Part shown: in pieces, positions 30,149-39,011 of the stretch
Numbering within the stretch: the stretch's first letter is position 1
How the letters are laid out: each line of letters opens with the position of its first letter
Translations under genes and position numbers: made by a program
Source: an uncultured Gammaproteobacteria bacterium
Lineage (GTDB): Bacteria; Patescibacteriota; Microgenomatia; UBA10105; UBA927
Direction: 5' to 3'
Assembly (NCBI GenBank): GCA_964367095.1
Contig: CAYIXE010000003.1
Span: 1 to 45,620 of the forward strand
DNA: 45,620 nucleotides
Notes under the pieces: generated by a model
Seen by the model: only the letters and a program-made list of their open reading frames with translations
What the model was told of the DNA's origin: nothing
Database searches by the model: none

Positions 30149-30255
30149 ACCCCTTTTAGGTCTTGCTCATGTCGCGTTACCATCTGTTGCAGAGATCACT
30201 ATGATTTTTTCTGTTGTTTTCGGTCATAGCCTCATGCATAATGTATAGTGGAAAT

Positions 30256-32685
30256 ATGCACCCCCCAACAGCACTGATTCAAACGCAAGATGCTTTTTTT
30301 ATAGAACCACTGCGGGAATACCTCTCCCGGCATGGTTGTGTAACTCATATAAATAGTCAAACAATATATGAGGTTACCTATTTGATTATCGTTGGTGATA
30401 GTGAGTTTGTGAAAGGTATCATTGCAAGCGAAAAAACGCGTGGAGAAAAAACGCTGGCAATTATCTATGAAGGGGGAGAGAATGACACAGCTTCGTATAT
30501 AGCAAAAAACATACACGTTGCTATCATTGATCCAAGCCCTTTAAACGAAGATTCATTGCGTGCACTTCTTCTTTTGTTGTTTACCGGATCAGCCCGATCA
30601 TTAATTTCCCGAAAAGCGCATACTTTCAAAAGATCACAAAGTGCAATCCCGTCACCATCGAGACGTGAGCCTTCAAAATCCGTCATCGAAAATATCTCTG
30701 ACCAAACAAGAGTCACGGAAATAATGCGTCAGATATTTATAACGACCGGAAATAATAAAACTATCAAAGGTAAATCAGTATTTTATCGACTAAAGATATT
30801 TACCGTAAGCTTCATTTTTATTATTTTCGTTTTTTTCTTATCATATTATGCGTCGATTATGACAGCGGGGGCAGGTTTGTATGTTTCGTCTCGATTCATT
30901 GTGTCTTCAAAAACGCAATTTGCAGGAAGAAGTCTTCTTATGGCCGAGAGCGGCATTCAAGCCGCGGCTATGTTTGTTCGCATTATGGCGCCCATGAGCA
31001 TGTTTACCGCAACAGATGAGATGATTCGTGATCAAGAACGGATTATAGTGCTTTTGACAAATTTGTTGTTCGCCGAAAAAAGTGCGCTATCCATTGTTGT
31101 TTCCGGCAAAGAGGTGGTTTCGGGATTTTTAAACCCGCAGGATGGGAGTCAATCTCACATCGGGCTTGTCGATGTTATAGCGCTTCGGTCGGAAGTGGTG
31201 CAGCTTGATCAAAGCTTGGCACTTGTGCAAGCGCAACTTACCACACTTATAGATACTCGCCACATACCCCTTAGTATCCCAATGGTGTACGGGATTGCAA
31301 AGCAGTCGCGTGAAAGGCTGGAAAAAATGCGAATAAAACTTTCCTATTTCGATCGATTGTTTACACTCTATCCGCAACTTGCGGGGTATCGCAAGAAGCA
31401 AACCTATTTGGTGTTGCTGCAAAATAGTATGGAATTGCGTCCCACAGGCGGCTTTATCGGAAGCGTTGCTCTTGTGACATTTATTGATGGTAAAGTTACC
31501 AACATAGAGGTGCAAGACGTTTATACGGCAGATGGTCAGCTTAAGGGGCACGTAGATCCACCCTTACCGATTCGAGAGATATTAGGTCAAGAGCATTGGT
31601 ATTTGCGAGATAGTAATTGGGATCCTAATTTTATGCGTTCAGGAACACAAGCCGCATGGTTTTATGAAAAAGAAATGGGAGTTGCGGTTGACGGCGTTGT
31701 CGGTATTAGTGTTCCCTTTATAACAAAGCTTCTTGAGGCGACCGGTCCTTTGGAACTTACGGAATATAATGATCGTATTTCCTCAACAAACTTTTTTGCA
31801 AAATCACTTTTTTATACGCAGGCTGATTTTTTTCCTGGATCCACACAAAAAAAAGATTTTTTAGGAAGTCTGACAACTGCACTTGTTTCCCGTATAACGA
31901 CGGATAGGACCATCTCCATGGGCAAGCTTATAACAGTTATAAGTGATGCGCTTGACGCTAAAGATATACAATTTTATGTGCCAAATAAAGACGTGTCTTT
32001 AATTCTTGAAAACTGGGGTTGGTCAGGAGGGATAGGGAGCACGGGGTGTGTGCAAATTGAAAAAGATGCACCCTGCACGACAGAGCATATAGAAGTGGTT
32101 GAGGCAAATCTTGGGGTAAATAAGGTGAATTATTTTATAACCAGAGAAGCAGAGTCTGAAGTCTCAGTTTCAGAAACAGGAACAATCACACACTCTCTTT
32201 CCTATAGTATCGTCAATAATTCATCAGATCGCCTGCTTGAAGGAGGGGGAGTCTACCGTTCGTATATACGGCTTTATTATCCGCAGCTTACCAATCTTTC
32301 GTCTATCGAAGTTGATGGCATTGCAGTTTCTCAAAAAGATACTAATGCAAAAATTCCACAACAGGCCCCGTATTATGAAGTGAGCTTGGAAGGGGACAAG
32401 ATGGTGGTTGGACTCTCTCTTGTCATTGACCCACTTACTGCCAAAAGATTTTTTGTAAAAACCACGCGGCTTAAAGCCTTATCATTTAATCATAAAGCGG
32501 TATTAAATATTGTCATAGGAAAGCAAGCGGGGATAGAGAAAATTCCTTGGCGTATGACATTTCGTTATCCGGTTAGTTGGACTGCTGTGTCAGAGGGCGC
32601 TCTTGCAAAGCAGGGGGAGCTTTTGTACAATACAACTCTTAGGAAAAATGAGCGAAAGTCAATATTATTTGAGAAAATACCATGA
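30256..32685 (+). CDS. DUF4012-domain membrane protein
   Basis: YLVLLQNSMELRPTGGFIGS, LRDSNWDPNF, NLGVNKVN. Start set by TATAGT 6 nt upstream of ATG 30256. Confidence 0.82.
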   Translation: MHPPTALIQTQDAFFIEPLREYLSRHGCVTHINSQTIYEVTYLIIVGDSEFVKGIIASEKTRGEKTLAIIYEGGENDTASYIAKNIHVAIIDPSPLNEDSLRALLLLLFTGSARSLISRKAHTFKRSQSAIPSPSRREPSKSVIENISDQTRVTEIMRQIFITTGNNKTIKGKSVFYRLKIFTVSFIFIIFVFFLSYYASIMTAGAGLYVSSRFIVSSKTQFAGRSLLMAESGIQAAAMFVRIMAPMSMFTATDEMIRDQERIIVLLTNLLFAEKSALSIVVSGKEVVSGFLNPQDGSQSHIGLVDVIALRSEVVQLDQSLALVQAQLTTLIDTRHIPLSIPMVYGIAKQSRERLEKMRIKLSYFDRLFTLYPQLAGYRKKQTYLVLLQNSMELRPTGGFIGSVALVTFIDGKVTNIEVQDVYTADGQLKGHVDPPLPIREILGQEHWYLRDSNWDPNFMRSGTQAAWFYEKEMGVAVDGVVGISVPFITKLLEATGPLELTEYNDRISSTNFFAKSLFYTQADFFPGSTQKKDFLGSLTTALVSRITTDRTISMGKLITVISDALDAKDIQFYVPNKDVSLILENWGWSGGIGSTGCVQIEKDAPCTTEHIEVVEANLGVNKVNYFITREAESEVSVSETGTITHSLSYSIVNNSSDRLLEGGGVYRSYIRLYYPQLTNLSSIEVDGIAVSQKDTNAKIPQQAPYYEVSLEGDKMVVGLSLVIDPLTAKRFFVKTTRLKALSFNHKAVLNIVIGKQAGIEKIPWRMTFRYPVSWTAVSEGALAKQGELLYNTTLRKNERKSILFEKIP

Positions 32686-33392
32686 AAAAATATACTTTGA
32701 CCGGAATACTGAGAGAGCAAAAGGGGAGAAAAGTCAAAAATCTTCGATCAAAAGGAACGCTTCCCGCAACGGTGTATGGAAAAGGACTTGAAAGTATTTC
32801 AATTTCTGTAGATGCCGCCGCATTTAAATCTGTGTTTGCCCACGCAGGTGAAACAGGAGTCGTTGAGTTAGAAATTGATAAAAATCTTAAACCCGTTCTC
32901 ATTCACAATATCCAGATAGATCCAGTGACTTCTCAAATACTGCACGTTGAATTTTATCAAGTCGACCTGAAGCAAAAAGTAAAAACGAACGTCCCAATAG
33001 TATTTGTCGGTGAATCGCCGATTGTACTTTCAAAGACTGCTGTCCTTTTAACACTCTTGTCTGAGGTGGAAGTAGAAGCACTACCCAATGATCTTCCCGA
33101 AAAAATTGAAGTTGATGTCTCGGTATTGACCGACCTTAATCAGGAAGTGCTCGTTTCAGATCTTTCCGTCTTACCAGGCGTTGTCATAGTGACCGATGCT
33201 TCAGTAGGCGTGGTAAAAGCTACAGCTATAGTGAGTAAAGAAGCGCAAGAGCAGGAAAAAGAAGAAGCGGAAAAGGCTGCCCAACTAGCAGCGGCTGAAG
33301 GAGCGGCAGCTGTTGACGCGCAAGTTAAACCAAAGGAGGGTGAACCCGAGAAAGTATCGGCACCAAAAACTCCTGAAGAGAAAAAAGAGTAG
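32682..33392 (+). CDS. rplY: 50S ribosomal protein L25/Ctc (long form)
   Basis: LR..G.LPATVYG, Q.DPV...ILHVEFY, EALPNDLPE.IEVDV. Confidence 0.93.
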   Translation: MKKYTLTGILREQKGRKVKNLRSKGTLPATVYGKGLESISISVDAAAFKSVFAHAGETGVVELEIDKNLKPVLIHNIQIDPVTSQILHVEFYQVDLKQKVKTNVPIVFVGESPIVLSKTAVLLTLLSEVEVEALPNDLPEKIEVDVSVLTDLNQEVLVSDLSVLPGVVIVTDASVGVVKATAIVSKEAQEQEKEEAEKAAQLAAAEGAAAVDAQVKPKEGEPEKVSAPKTPEEKKE

Positions 33393-33395
33393 CTT

Positions 33396-33803
33396 CTATT
33401 CTTCTCTATTTATTTCAATAAGTCCCATAAGCGTCTTTAATTGTCTGTGGTTTGGATTGAGTTTTTGAAGTTCTTCTATGTAGAGTACTACGTCGTTGTT
33501 ATTTCCTAATTGATATGAGAGAGTGATAAGTTGTATATAGCCGTCTTCATAGTCTGGATGAGCGGCAATTGTTTGTTTCCAAAAATCGCGTGAATTTTCA
33601 AGCATCAGAAGATCTTTGGATGACTCTGGTATATTTGCGCCCAGCACATCTTTATTAGGGCATGTTGTGTTTGGAAAATAACACCGTGCTGAAACAAAAA
33701 AAATAAAACTCATTATTGCAATGGCACCAACAGAGATAACGATAGAGAATATCTTAATAATTTGTGTGCGCCACGTAATAATGCGCGAAAGATACTTGTT
33801 CAT
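33396..33803 (-). CDS. Hypothetical membrane-anchored protein with a TPR-like motif
   Basis: TM segment followed by W....AHPDYEDGY.QL...Y.LG...LNPN. Start uncertain; the ORF extends to 33914. Confidence 0.65.
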   Translation of the reverse strand: MNKYLSRIITWRTQIIKIFSIVISVGAIAIMSFIFFVSARCYFPNTTCPNKDVLGANIPESSKDLLMLENSRDFWKQTIAAHPDYEDGYIQLITLSYQLGNNNDVVLYIEELQKLNPNHRQLKTLMGLIEINREE

Positions 33804-33939
33804 ACGATATATTGCCAGCATTGATGGGAACGGTGCATCAATAGTATGACTATAGAATATTGTAATGAAAATGTGAAGGGCTCGGGTGAACAATTGTAGC
33901 TTGCTCTTTGGCATTCTTTTATGATATCCTTTAAAACAT

Positions 33940-34593
33940 ATGAAAAAGAAAAAAAATGTTTTGCCTAAACTTTCTGTGGTTTCTGATGCTATTCAAAAAG
34001 AGTACGTGGCCGCGAGTTCTTCCAAAAAACGTTTCGTTCGTATAGTTCCCATTCTTCTTGTTGTTTTGCTTCTCGTACTTTTGGGCATGAACAAGGGAAT
34101 GTTGGTTGCATCACTGGTCAATGGTAAGCCCATATTTACATGGCAGTTTCATGGTGTTTTACGTGATCGATTTGGTCAACAAACCCTGGAGGGCATGATC
34201 GGTGAGATGCTTATTAAAGATGAAGCGAAAAAAGCGAAGATAGTCGTAACAAAAGAAGAAATATCAGCAAAGGAAAATGAAATTGTTGCAAGTCTTGGGG
34301 CAAACGTGTCGCTTGATGATTTATTAAAATTTCAAGGATTGTCCAAAAGCGATTTTGAAAAACAAGTGACGCTGCAGCTGACAGTAGAAAAATTATTATC
34401 TAAAGATCTTGTTGTTTCTGAAACAGACATAGATATGTTTATTGCAACAAGCGGCGCCACGCTGGTAGCTACGGATCCGGCGGCACTTCGTACAGAAGCT
34501 AAACAAGCAATCATCGCAGGGAGCGTGTCGGAAAAACTACAGGAATGGTTTGCAGAACTTCGGCAAAAAGCGAAAGTACTTCGTTTCTTATAA
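33940..34593 (+). CDS. SurA N-terminal/PrsA-like chaperone
   Basis: TM, then ASLVNGKPI, LEGMIGE.LI..EA.K, W..ELR.KAKV; no PPIase domain evident. Confidence 0.78.
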   Translation: MKKKKNVLPKLSVVSDAIQKEYVAASSSKKRFVRIVPILLVVLLLVLLGMNKGMLVASLVNGKPIFTWQFHGVLRDRFGQQTLEGMIGEMLIKDEAKKAKIVVTKEEISAKENEIVASLGANVSLDDLLKFQGLSKSDFEKQVTLQLTVEKLLSKDLVVSETDIDMFIATSGATLVATDPAALRTEAKQAIIAGSVSEKLQEWFAELRQKAKVLRFL

Positions 34594-34596
34594 CCT

Positions 34597-34851
34597 ATGC
34601 GTAACGCGTGGTGGTTGGGTCAAACAAACGATGCGTCTCCAATGATGATTGGTATTATATTGCTAGTACTCTGGTCGGTGTTTTGGACGGGTTTTTCTTT
34701 GTGGTATGCGGCAAAACGAGGAGATAAGGGATGGTTTATTTTTTTCTTAGTCGTTCACACTGCTGGAATCATTGAGTTTTTATATTTATTTTTTGTTGTA
34801 CGAGTATTTGAAAATACGCCTGTTCATAAATCCATACGACGTCATAAATGA
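34597..34851 (+). CDS. DUF5652-like small membrane protein
   Basis: WS.FW.G.SLW.AAKR..K.WF.......T.GI.E..Y. Confidence 0.78.
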   Translation: MRNAWWLGQTNDASPMMIGIILLVLWSVFWTGFSLWYAAKRGDKGWFIFFLVVHTAGIIEFLYLFFVVRVFENTPVHKSIRRHK

Positions 34852-35909
34852 AAACGTGGCAGAAATTAATAAAGAATCCTTCACTGTGGCAGCAGTATTT
34901 TGTACGTGAAAGAGTGCTTCAAGCCATACGATTATTTTTTGAAGGGCAAGGATTTCATGAAGTGGAAACCCCGCTTCTTATAAGACACCCAGCGGCAGAA
35001 AGTTATTTGGAAGTATTTGAGACAACGCTTCTTGATAGAAATAGAAATAAGACCTCTTTATATCTCTCAACTTCCCCAGAAGTGCCGCTTAAGAAATTAT
35101 TAGTGGCAGGTATAGGCAATTGCTTTAGTGTGACGAAAAGTTTTCGCAATATGGAAACGCACAGCGAAACGCATAACCCTGAATTTACCATCTTAGAGTG
35201 GTATCGCGTGGGGGTACCGTACACCGAGGTTATGAAGGATTGTGAAGATCTTTTGCTTTTTATAAATACGTATTTATTGCGTTCCCTAGATACATCCGAC
35301 GGAAGAACAACAAAAGACCTTTTGTATCAAGATGCGCATGTTAATTTATCAAAGCCTTGGGAGCGACTTACGGTAGCTGAAGCATTTTTGAAATGGGGAA
35401 AGATTAATTTTGATGATTTTTTGAATAGAGATAAAGCGAAAAAAATTGCATCAGAAAAAGGATATACGGTTGAGGATCATACGACATGGGAAGAATTATT
35501 TAACCAAATATTTTTAAATGAAATAGAACCGCATCTTGGGCGGGGGAGGCCAACAATTCTTTATGAATTCCCAAGCGCTATGGGAGCTCTTGCAAGAAAG
35601 AAAGATTCTGACCCACGGTTTGCAGAGAGATTCGAATTTTATGTAGAGGGTTTGGAGCTTGGCGATTGTTATGGAGAGCTTACTGATTGGAAAGAACAAG
35701 AGGCGCGATTTGAAGAAGAGTTGCGTGTCATAAAAAATGCGGGAAGAACGACCTATGATTATGATCATAATTTCATAGAAGCATTAAAAGTGGGCATGCC
35801 TGCCACCAGTGGCATAGCGGTGGGGGTGGATAGGCTGATTATGCTTTTTGCCAACACGAAAAAAATTCAAGACACGTTGTTTTTTCCTATTGAGGAATTA
35901 CTTTCATAA
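34848..35909 (+). CDS. epmA: EF-P lysine aminoacylase (EpmA/GenX)
   Basis: Class II LysRS catalytic domain only: EVETP, YLSTSPE, FRN.E....HNPEFTILEWY, ERFEFY, GIAVGVDRL; efp is nearby. Confidence 0.88.
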   Translation: MKTWQKLIKNPSLWQQYFVRERVLQAIRLFFEGQGFHEVETPLLIRHPAAESYLEVFETTLLDRNRNKTSLYLSTSPEVPLKKLLVAGIGNCFSVTKSFRNMETHSETHNPEFTILEWYRVGVPYTEVMKDCEDLLLFINTYLLRSLDTSDGRTTKDLLYQDAHVNLSKPWERLTVAEAFLKWGKINFDDFLNRDKAKKIASEKGYTVEDHTTWEELFNQIFLNEIEPHLGRGRPTILYEFPSAMGALARKKDSDPRFAERFEFYVEGLELGDCYGELTDWKEQEARFEEELRVIKNAGRTTYDYDHNFIEALKVGMPATSGIAVGVDRLIMLFANTKKIQDTLFFPIEELLS

Positions 35910-35915
35910 ATCTTT

Positions 35916-36374
35916 GTGACTATACGACTCGCTACAAAATTTGATTGTGACCAAGTGCTTCATCTTTTAAATCAATTAGGAGAGATAGTAAATGAGCTTG
36001 TGTGCTTTGATCCTGACAATGTGAGAGCGCACGAAATTGGACGTATAAATTATTTGGAGGCAATCAAAAGGGAGGATAGAAAAGTATTTGTTGTAGACGA
36101 GAATGGCAGGATTATCGCAGCGGCAACATTTTTTATCCTGCATGATTTCATTACGGGAAAGCCATTTGCCCATCTTGATGATTTTATCGTTGAGAAAACG
36201 TTGAGGGGCAAGGGCATTGGCACAAAGCTTTTAGAGTTTATTAAACAGTTTGCGAAAGATCACAATATCCACACAATTGAATTAACATCGAGCTTGCCAC
36301 TTACTCGTGCTCACAAATTTTATGAAAAGCGCGGCGGCACGTATGCGCGTAAAGTAATTAAATTTTTAGTGTAA
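35916..36374 (+). CDS. GNAT N-acetyltransferase
   Basis: V...RGKGIGTKLL acetyl-CoA motif A; AHKFYEKRG. Confidence 0.88.
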   Translation: MTIRLATKFDCDQVLHLLNQLGEIVNELVCFDPDNVRAHEIGRINYLEAIKREDRKVFVVDENGRIIAAATFFILHDFITGKPFAHLDDFIVEKTLRGKGIGTKLLEFIKQFAKDHNIHTIELTSSLPLTRAHKFYEKRGGTYARKVIKFLV

Positions 36375-36408
36375 GTTTGGGTACACATTTTAGATATATG
36401 ATATACTT

Positions 36409-36601
36409 TGTAAAGTGATCTCTCAATTTACGTCGTTTTTTGATTTCTCAATTTGCACGGTTTAAATTCTTATAGGCAAAAAGCCTACAACCTGCTCATT
36501 GAGCTTTGTATTTACGTTACAATCAGTCAAGCATACTAAAGGTCTTGCTGATGTGAAAATTGAGAAATCATCTTTTAGGAAAATTGAGAGATCATCTTAC
36601 A
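36409..36601. mobile_element. 193-bp MITE-like element with TGT...ACA ends and a 16-bp target site duplication
   Basis: Left end TGTAAAGTGATCTCTCAATTT versus reverse-complemented right end TGTAAGATGATCTCTCAATTT; inner perfect 14-bp inverted repeat (36441-36454 / 36557-36570); flanking direct repeat GATATATGATATACTT at 36393-36408 and 36602-36617. Confidence 0.85.
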
Positions 36602-36628
36602 GATATATGATATACTTTAGTCATAAAT

Positions 36629-37120
36629 ATGGGAGATAATATTTCTGAATTATTGCAGCCAGGACAAGAAATCCTATCTAAAGAACACCCTGCTCGAAAA
36701 TCAGGAGAATTTCTGCTTGGAGGTATTAATGAGATTGTTCAAAGAGAAGAGATATTAAATAGAGAAGCAAGGAAAAAATTACCATCTAAGATAGGAGTAA
36801 TGAAACAAGTTGGATATGGTGCACTTCTTTATCCGATTACAATATTAGGCGGGAGAATTGGAAGTATGTTATTTCCAGTCGTTGGAGGCTTAGTGGGTCG
36901 TGCTGTGGGCGCTGAAGTTTCTGGAGTGATATATAATCAAGTATTGCGTAGGTTTGACAAAGATTTACCCGCTCTCGAAGGAAAAGATTATCTCGTTGGT
37001 GCCCTCGTTGGTAATCCCGCTATCGCAGGAGGACTTAGGGAAACCTACAATGGCTTCCGATTACTCGCTAATCCTGATGCAATAAGTCACTTAAAGCCAG
37101 CAATAACATTTACTAAATAA
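36629..37120 (+). CDS. Hypothetical protein with Gly-rich hydrophobic segments
   Basis: 163-aa ORF downstream of an extended -10; glycine-zipper-like GGLVGRAVGAEVSG. Confidence 0.7.
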   Translation: MGDNISELLQPGQEILSKEHPARKSGEFLLGGINEIVQREEILNREARKKLPSKIGVMKQVGYGALLYPITILGGRIGSMLFPVVGGLVGRAVGAEVSGVIYNQVLRRFDKDLPALEGKDYLVGALVGNPAIAGGLRETYNGFRLLANPDAISHLKPAITFTK

Positions 37121-37121
37121 T

Positions 37122-37406
37122 ATGGATGTTAAACAAAAAGTTCAGAAAACGTATCTATTTGATCCAAATGAAAAAATTGATCTTTTAGTTCGATGGAATA
37201 GTTTTTCTCAAGAAGAGATTGTACAACTTGGAAAAGTGATTGATGAGTATGATGAGAATTGTAAAATAAATATCGGAGAGTTTCAACAAAAATTTATTTC
37301 GTATATTGATAAAGAGAAGATTCAGTTACAAAACGCTAAAAAAATGAAATCTGTTTATGCAATTGACAAGATTAGAAACGGAATAGTGCCTCTTTTTGAA
37401 GCCTAA
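37122..37406 (+). CDS. Hypothetical protein
   Basis: 94-aa AT-rich ORF starting 1 nt after the previous stop. Confidence 0.65.
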   Translation: MDVKQKVQKTYLFDPNEKIDLLVRWNSFSQEEIVQLGKVIDEYDENCKINIGEFQQKFISYIDKEKIQLQNAKKMKSVYAIDKIRNGIVPLFEA

Positions 37407-37463
37407 CAATCCTTGTGACAAAAGGCCAAACGTGTGATAATTAGCCATTGTTAGGAATTTGTT

Positions 37464-38027
37464 ATGTCATCTATTACCACCGCACAATTTAAGAAGGGAA
37501 TGTTTATCGAGTTTCGTGGAGAGCCAAACCTTCTTACCGACATGACCTTTGTAAATCCGGGAAAAGGATCGGCGTTTGTACGAACAAAGTTAAAGTCGTT
37601 GACAAGCGGGAAGGTAATAGAGTTTACTTTCAAATCTGGGGAATCTGCCAAAGAACTCGACGTCGTGACACGAGAGATGCAGTTTCTCTATAAAGAAAAC
37701 GATGCGTATGTATTTATGGATAACACGTCTTTTGAGCAGTACAATATCAAAGACGCACTTCTTTCGGACTTCGTAAAATATTTGCGTTCCAATGACACCT
37801 ATCAAGTGCTCGTCCTCAATGATGAAGCAGTAGGCGTGCGATTCCCAAAAAAAGTTTGGTTAAAAGTAACCGAGAGTTCTGAAGGTATCAAAGGAAATTC
37901 ATCCTCTGGAGCTACCAAAACCGTGGTGACAGAAACTGGTGCTATCGTGACCGTTCCACTTTTTATTAAAGAAGGGGATACGATAGGTATAGATCCTGAA
38001 ACCGGATCGTATCTTGAACGCGGATAG
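37464..38027 (+). CDS. efp: Elongation factor P
   Basis: VNPGKGSAFVRTKLK, MQFLY, FMD...FEQ, VPLFIKEG...Y..R. Confidence 0.96.
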   Translation: MSSITTAQFKKGMFIEFRGEPNLLTDMTFVNPGKGSAFVRTKLKSLTSGKVIEFTFKSGESAKELDVVTREMQFLYKENDAYVFMDNTSFEQYNIKDALLSDFVKYLRSNDTYQVLVLNDEAVGVRFPKKVWLKVTESSEGIKGNSSSGATKTVVTETGAIVTVPLFIKEGDTIGIDPETGSYLERG

Positions 38028-38044
38028 TGTACAATAAAATTGTC

Positions 38045-38944
38045 ATGGTTGACACCATAAACGAAGAAAAAACAGCAGCACAAAAAGCTCAAGAGGCAGG
38101 CTTAACATTTGAAGAAGCGCCTGTGCTACCTTCCTCGCCAACGCCAACGCCAACGCCAACGCCAACACAATCAATTCCAACAGCAGAATCTCACCATTTA
38201 TTAGATGCGCCGCATTCAATACCCAAAAAACCCCGTCGATTTAAATGGTTAGGAACGTTGATTTTTGTCGCGTTACTTTTTGGTCTTGGCGTTTGGCTTA
38301 GTTCACAGCTTCGTTTTTTTGTTGCACCAGAAACTACATTGGATGAGGTGAGCAATTCATTTTCCCTTACTCCATCGCCATTTCTGTTTGTGACACCGAC
38401 TAGTAGTACCAGTGGAAAGCTCGCAACGGGATTACAAACCGTGTCCGTGTCTGCAATCGGCTCACTCCTTCGGTCCGTGACGTATCAATTGCCCAATACC
38501 ATACTACTTCCTGTGTGTGATGGTGGTGGATGTCCATCGTCTGGGACGAATCTAACGGGAGGCACACGATTTACCGTAGCTGCTCGTGGGAAAGGTGAGC
38601 GTTTACCTGATTTTCGTGGCGCAATACTCACAGATGTGAATGGCAAAGAATTTACTATGCGCCAAACCCGTGTAAGTGGTAAAGATGTATATGAATACAT
38701 CGGAGATTTTGTTGGCAGAACTGGTGGCGGATTTCAATTTACAAAAATGCGCGGTGTGCTAGTGCCCGTGACCGATGCATTATCCGTGGAGTTTAACCAT
38801 TTTTCTCCCGCAGGTACCGTATCTGATTTTGCGGCAGACGATAGAGTGTTTGATCAAATAATTGCTTCGGTGAAAATTCCGACTACGGCATCATTGACTC
38901 CAACGATCAAGCCAACATTATCCGCATCGCAATCAGCAAACTAA
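38045..38944 (+). CDS. Hypothetical single-pass membrane protein with Pro/Thr linkers
   Basis: TM WLGTLIFVALLFGLGVWL; PT repeat. Start could be 38027. Confidence 0.75.
   Translation: MVDTINEEKTAAQKAQEAGLTFEEAPVLPSSPTPTPTPTPTQSIPTAESHHLLDAPHSIPKKPRRFKWLGTLIFVALLFGLGVWLSSQLRFFVAPETTLDEVSNSFSLTPSPFLFVTPTSSTSGKLATGLQTVSVSAIGSLLRSVTYQLPNTILLPVCDGGGCPSSGTNLTGGTRFTVAARGKGERLPDFRGAILTDVNGKEFTMRQTRVSGKDVYEYIGDFVGRTGGGFQFTKMRGVLVPVTDALSVEFNHFSPAGTVSDFAADDRVFDQIIASVKIPTTASLTPTIKPTLSASQSAN
38137..38166 (+). repeat. (GCCAAC)x5 coding microsatellite (PT repeat)
   Basis: Five exact 6-bp units. Confidence 0.85.
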
Positions 38945-38946
38945 AG

Positions 38947-38997
38947 TCTGGCGAAGCCAGATCCCGCCCTGCCTTGCCGGCAGGCAGGTTCGCGGGA
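38947..38997. repeat. Nested REP-like palindromes between convergent genes; possible bidirectional terminator
   Basis: TCTGGC-GAA-GCCAGA hairpin, then TCCCGC[CCTGCCTTGCCGGCAGGCAGG]TTCGCGGGA. Confidence 0.7.
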
Positions 38998-39011
38998 GAT
39001 TTTAAATATTT

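Noticed and set aside
34848-35909. Truncated lysyl-tRNA synthetase pseudogene
   Set aside because: Intact ORF; a catalytic-domain-only protein with TSPE and LEWY motifs near efp indicates EpmA.
36393-36617. CRISPR array or integron attC site
   Set aside because: Only two direct repeats 209 bp apart, no cas genes and no GTTRRRY core; TIR plus TSD explains it better.
38137-38166. (GCCAAC)5 as a phase-variation switch
   Set aside because: A 6-bp unit keeps the frame and only changes the length of a PT linker.
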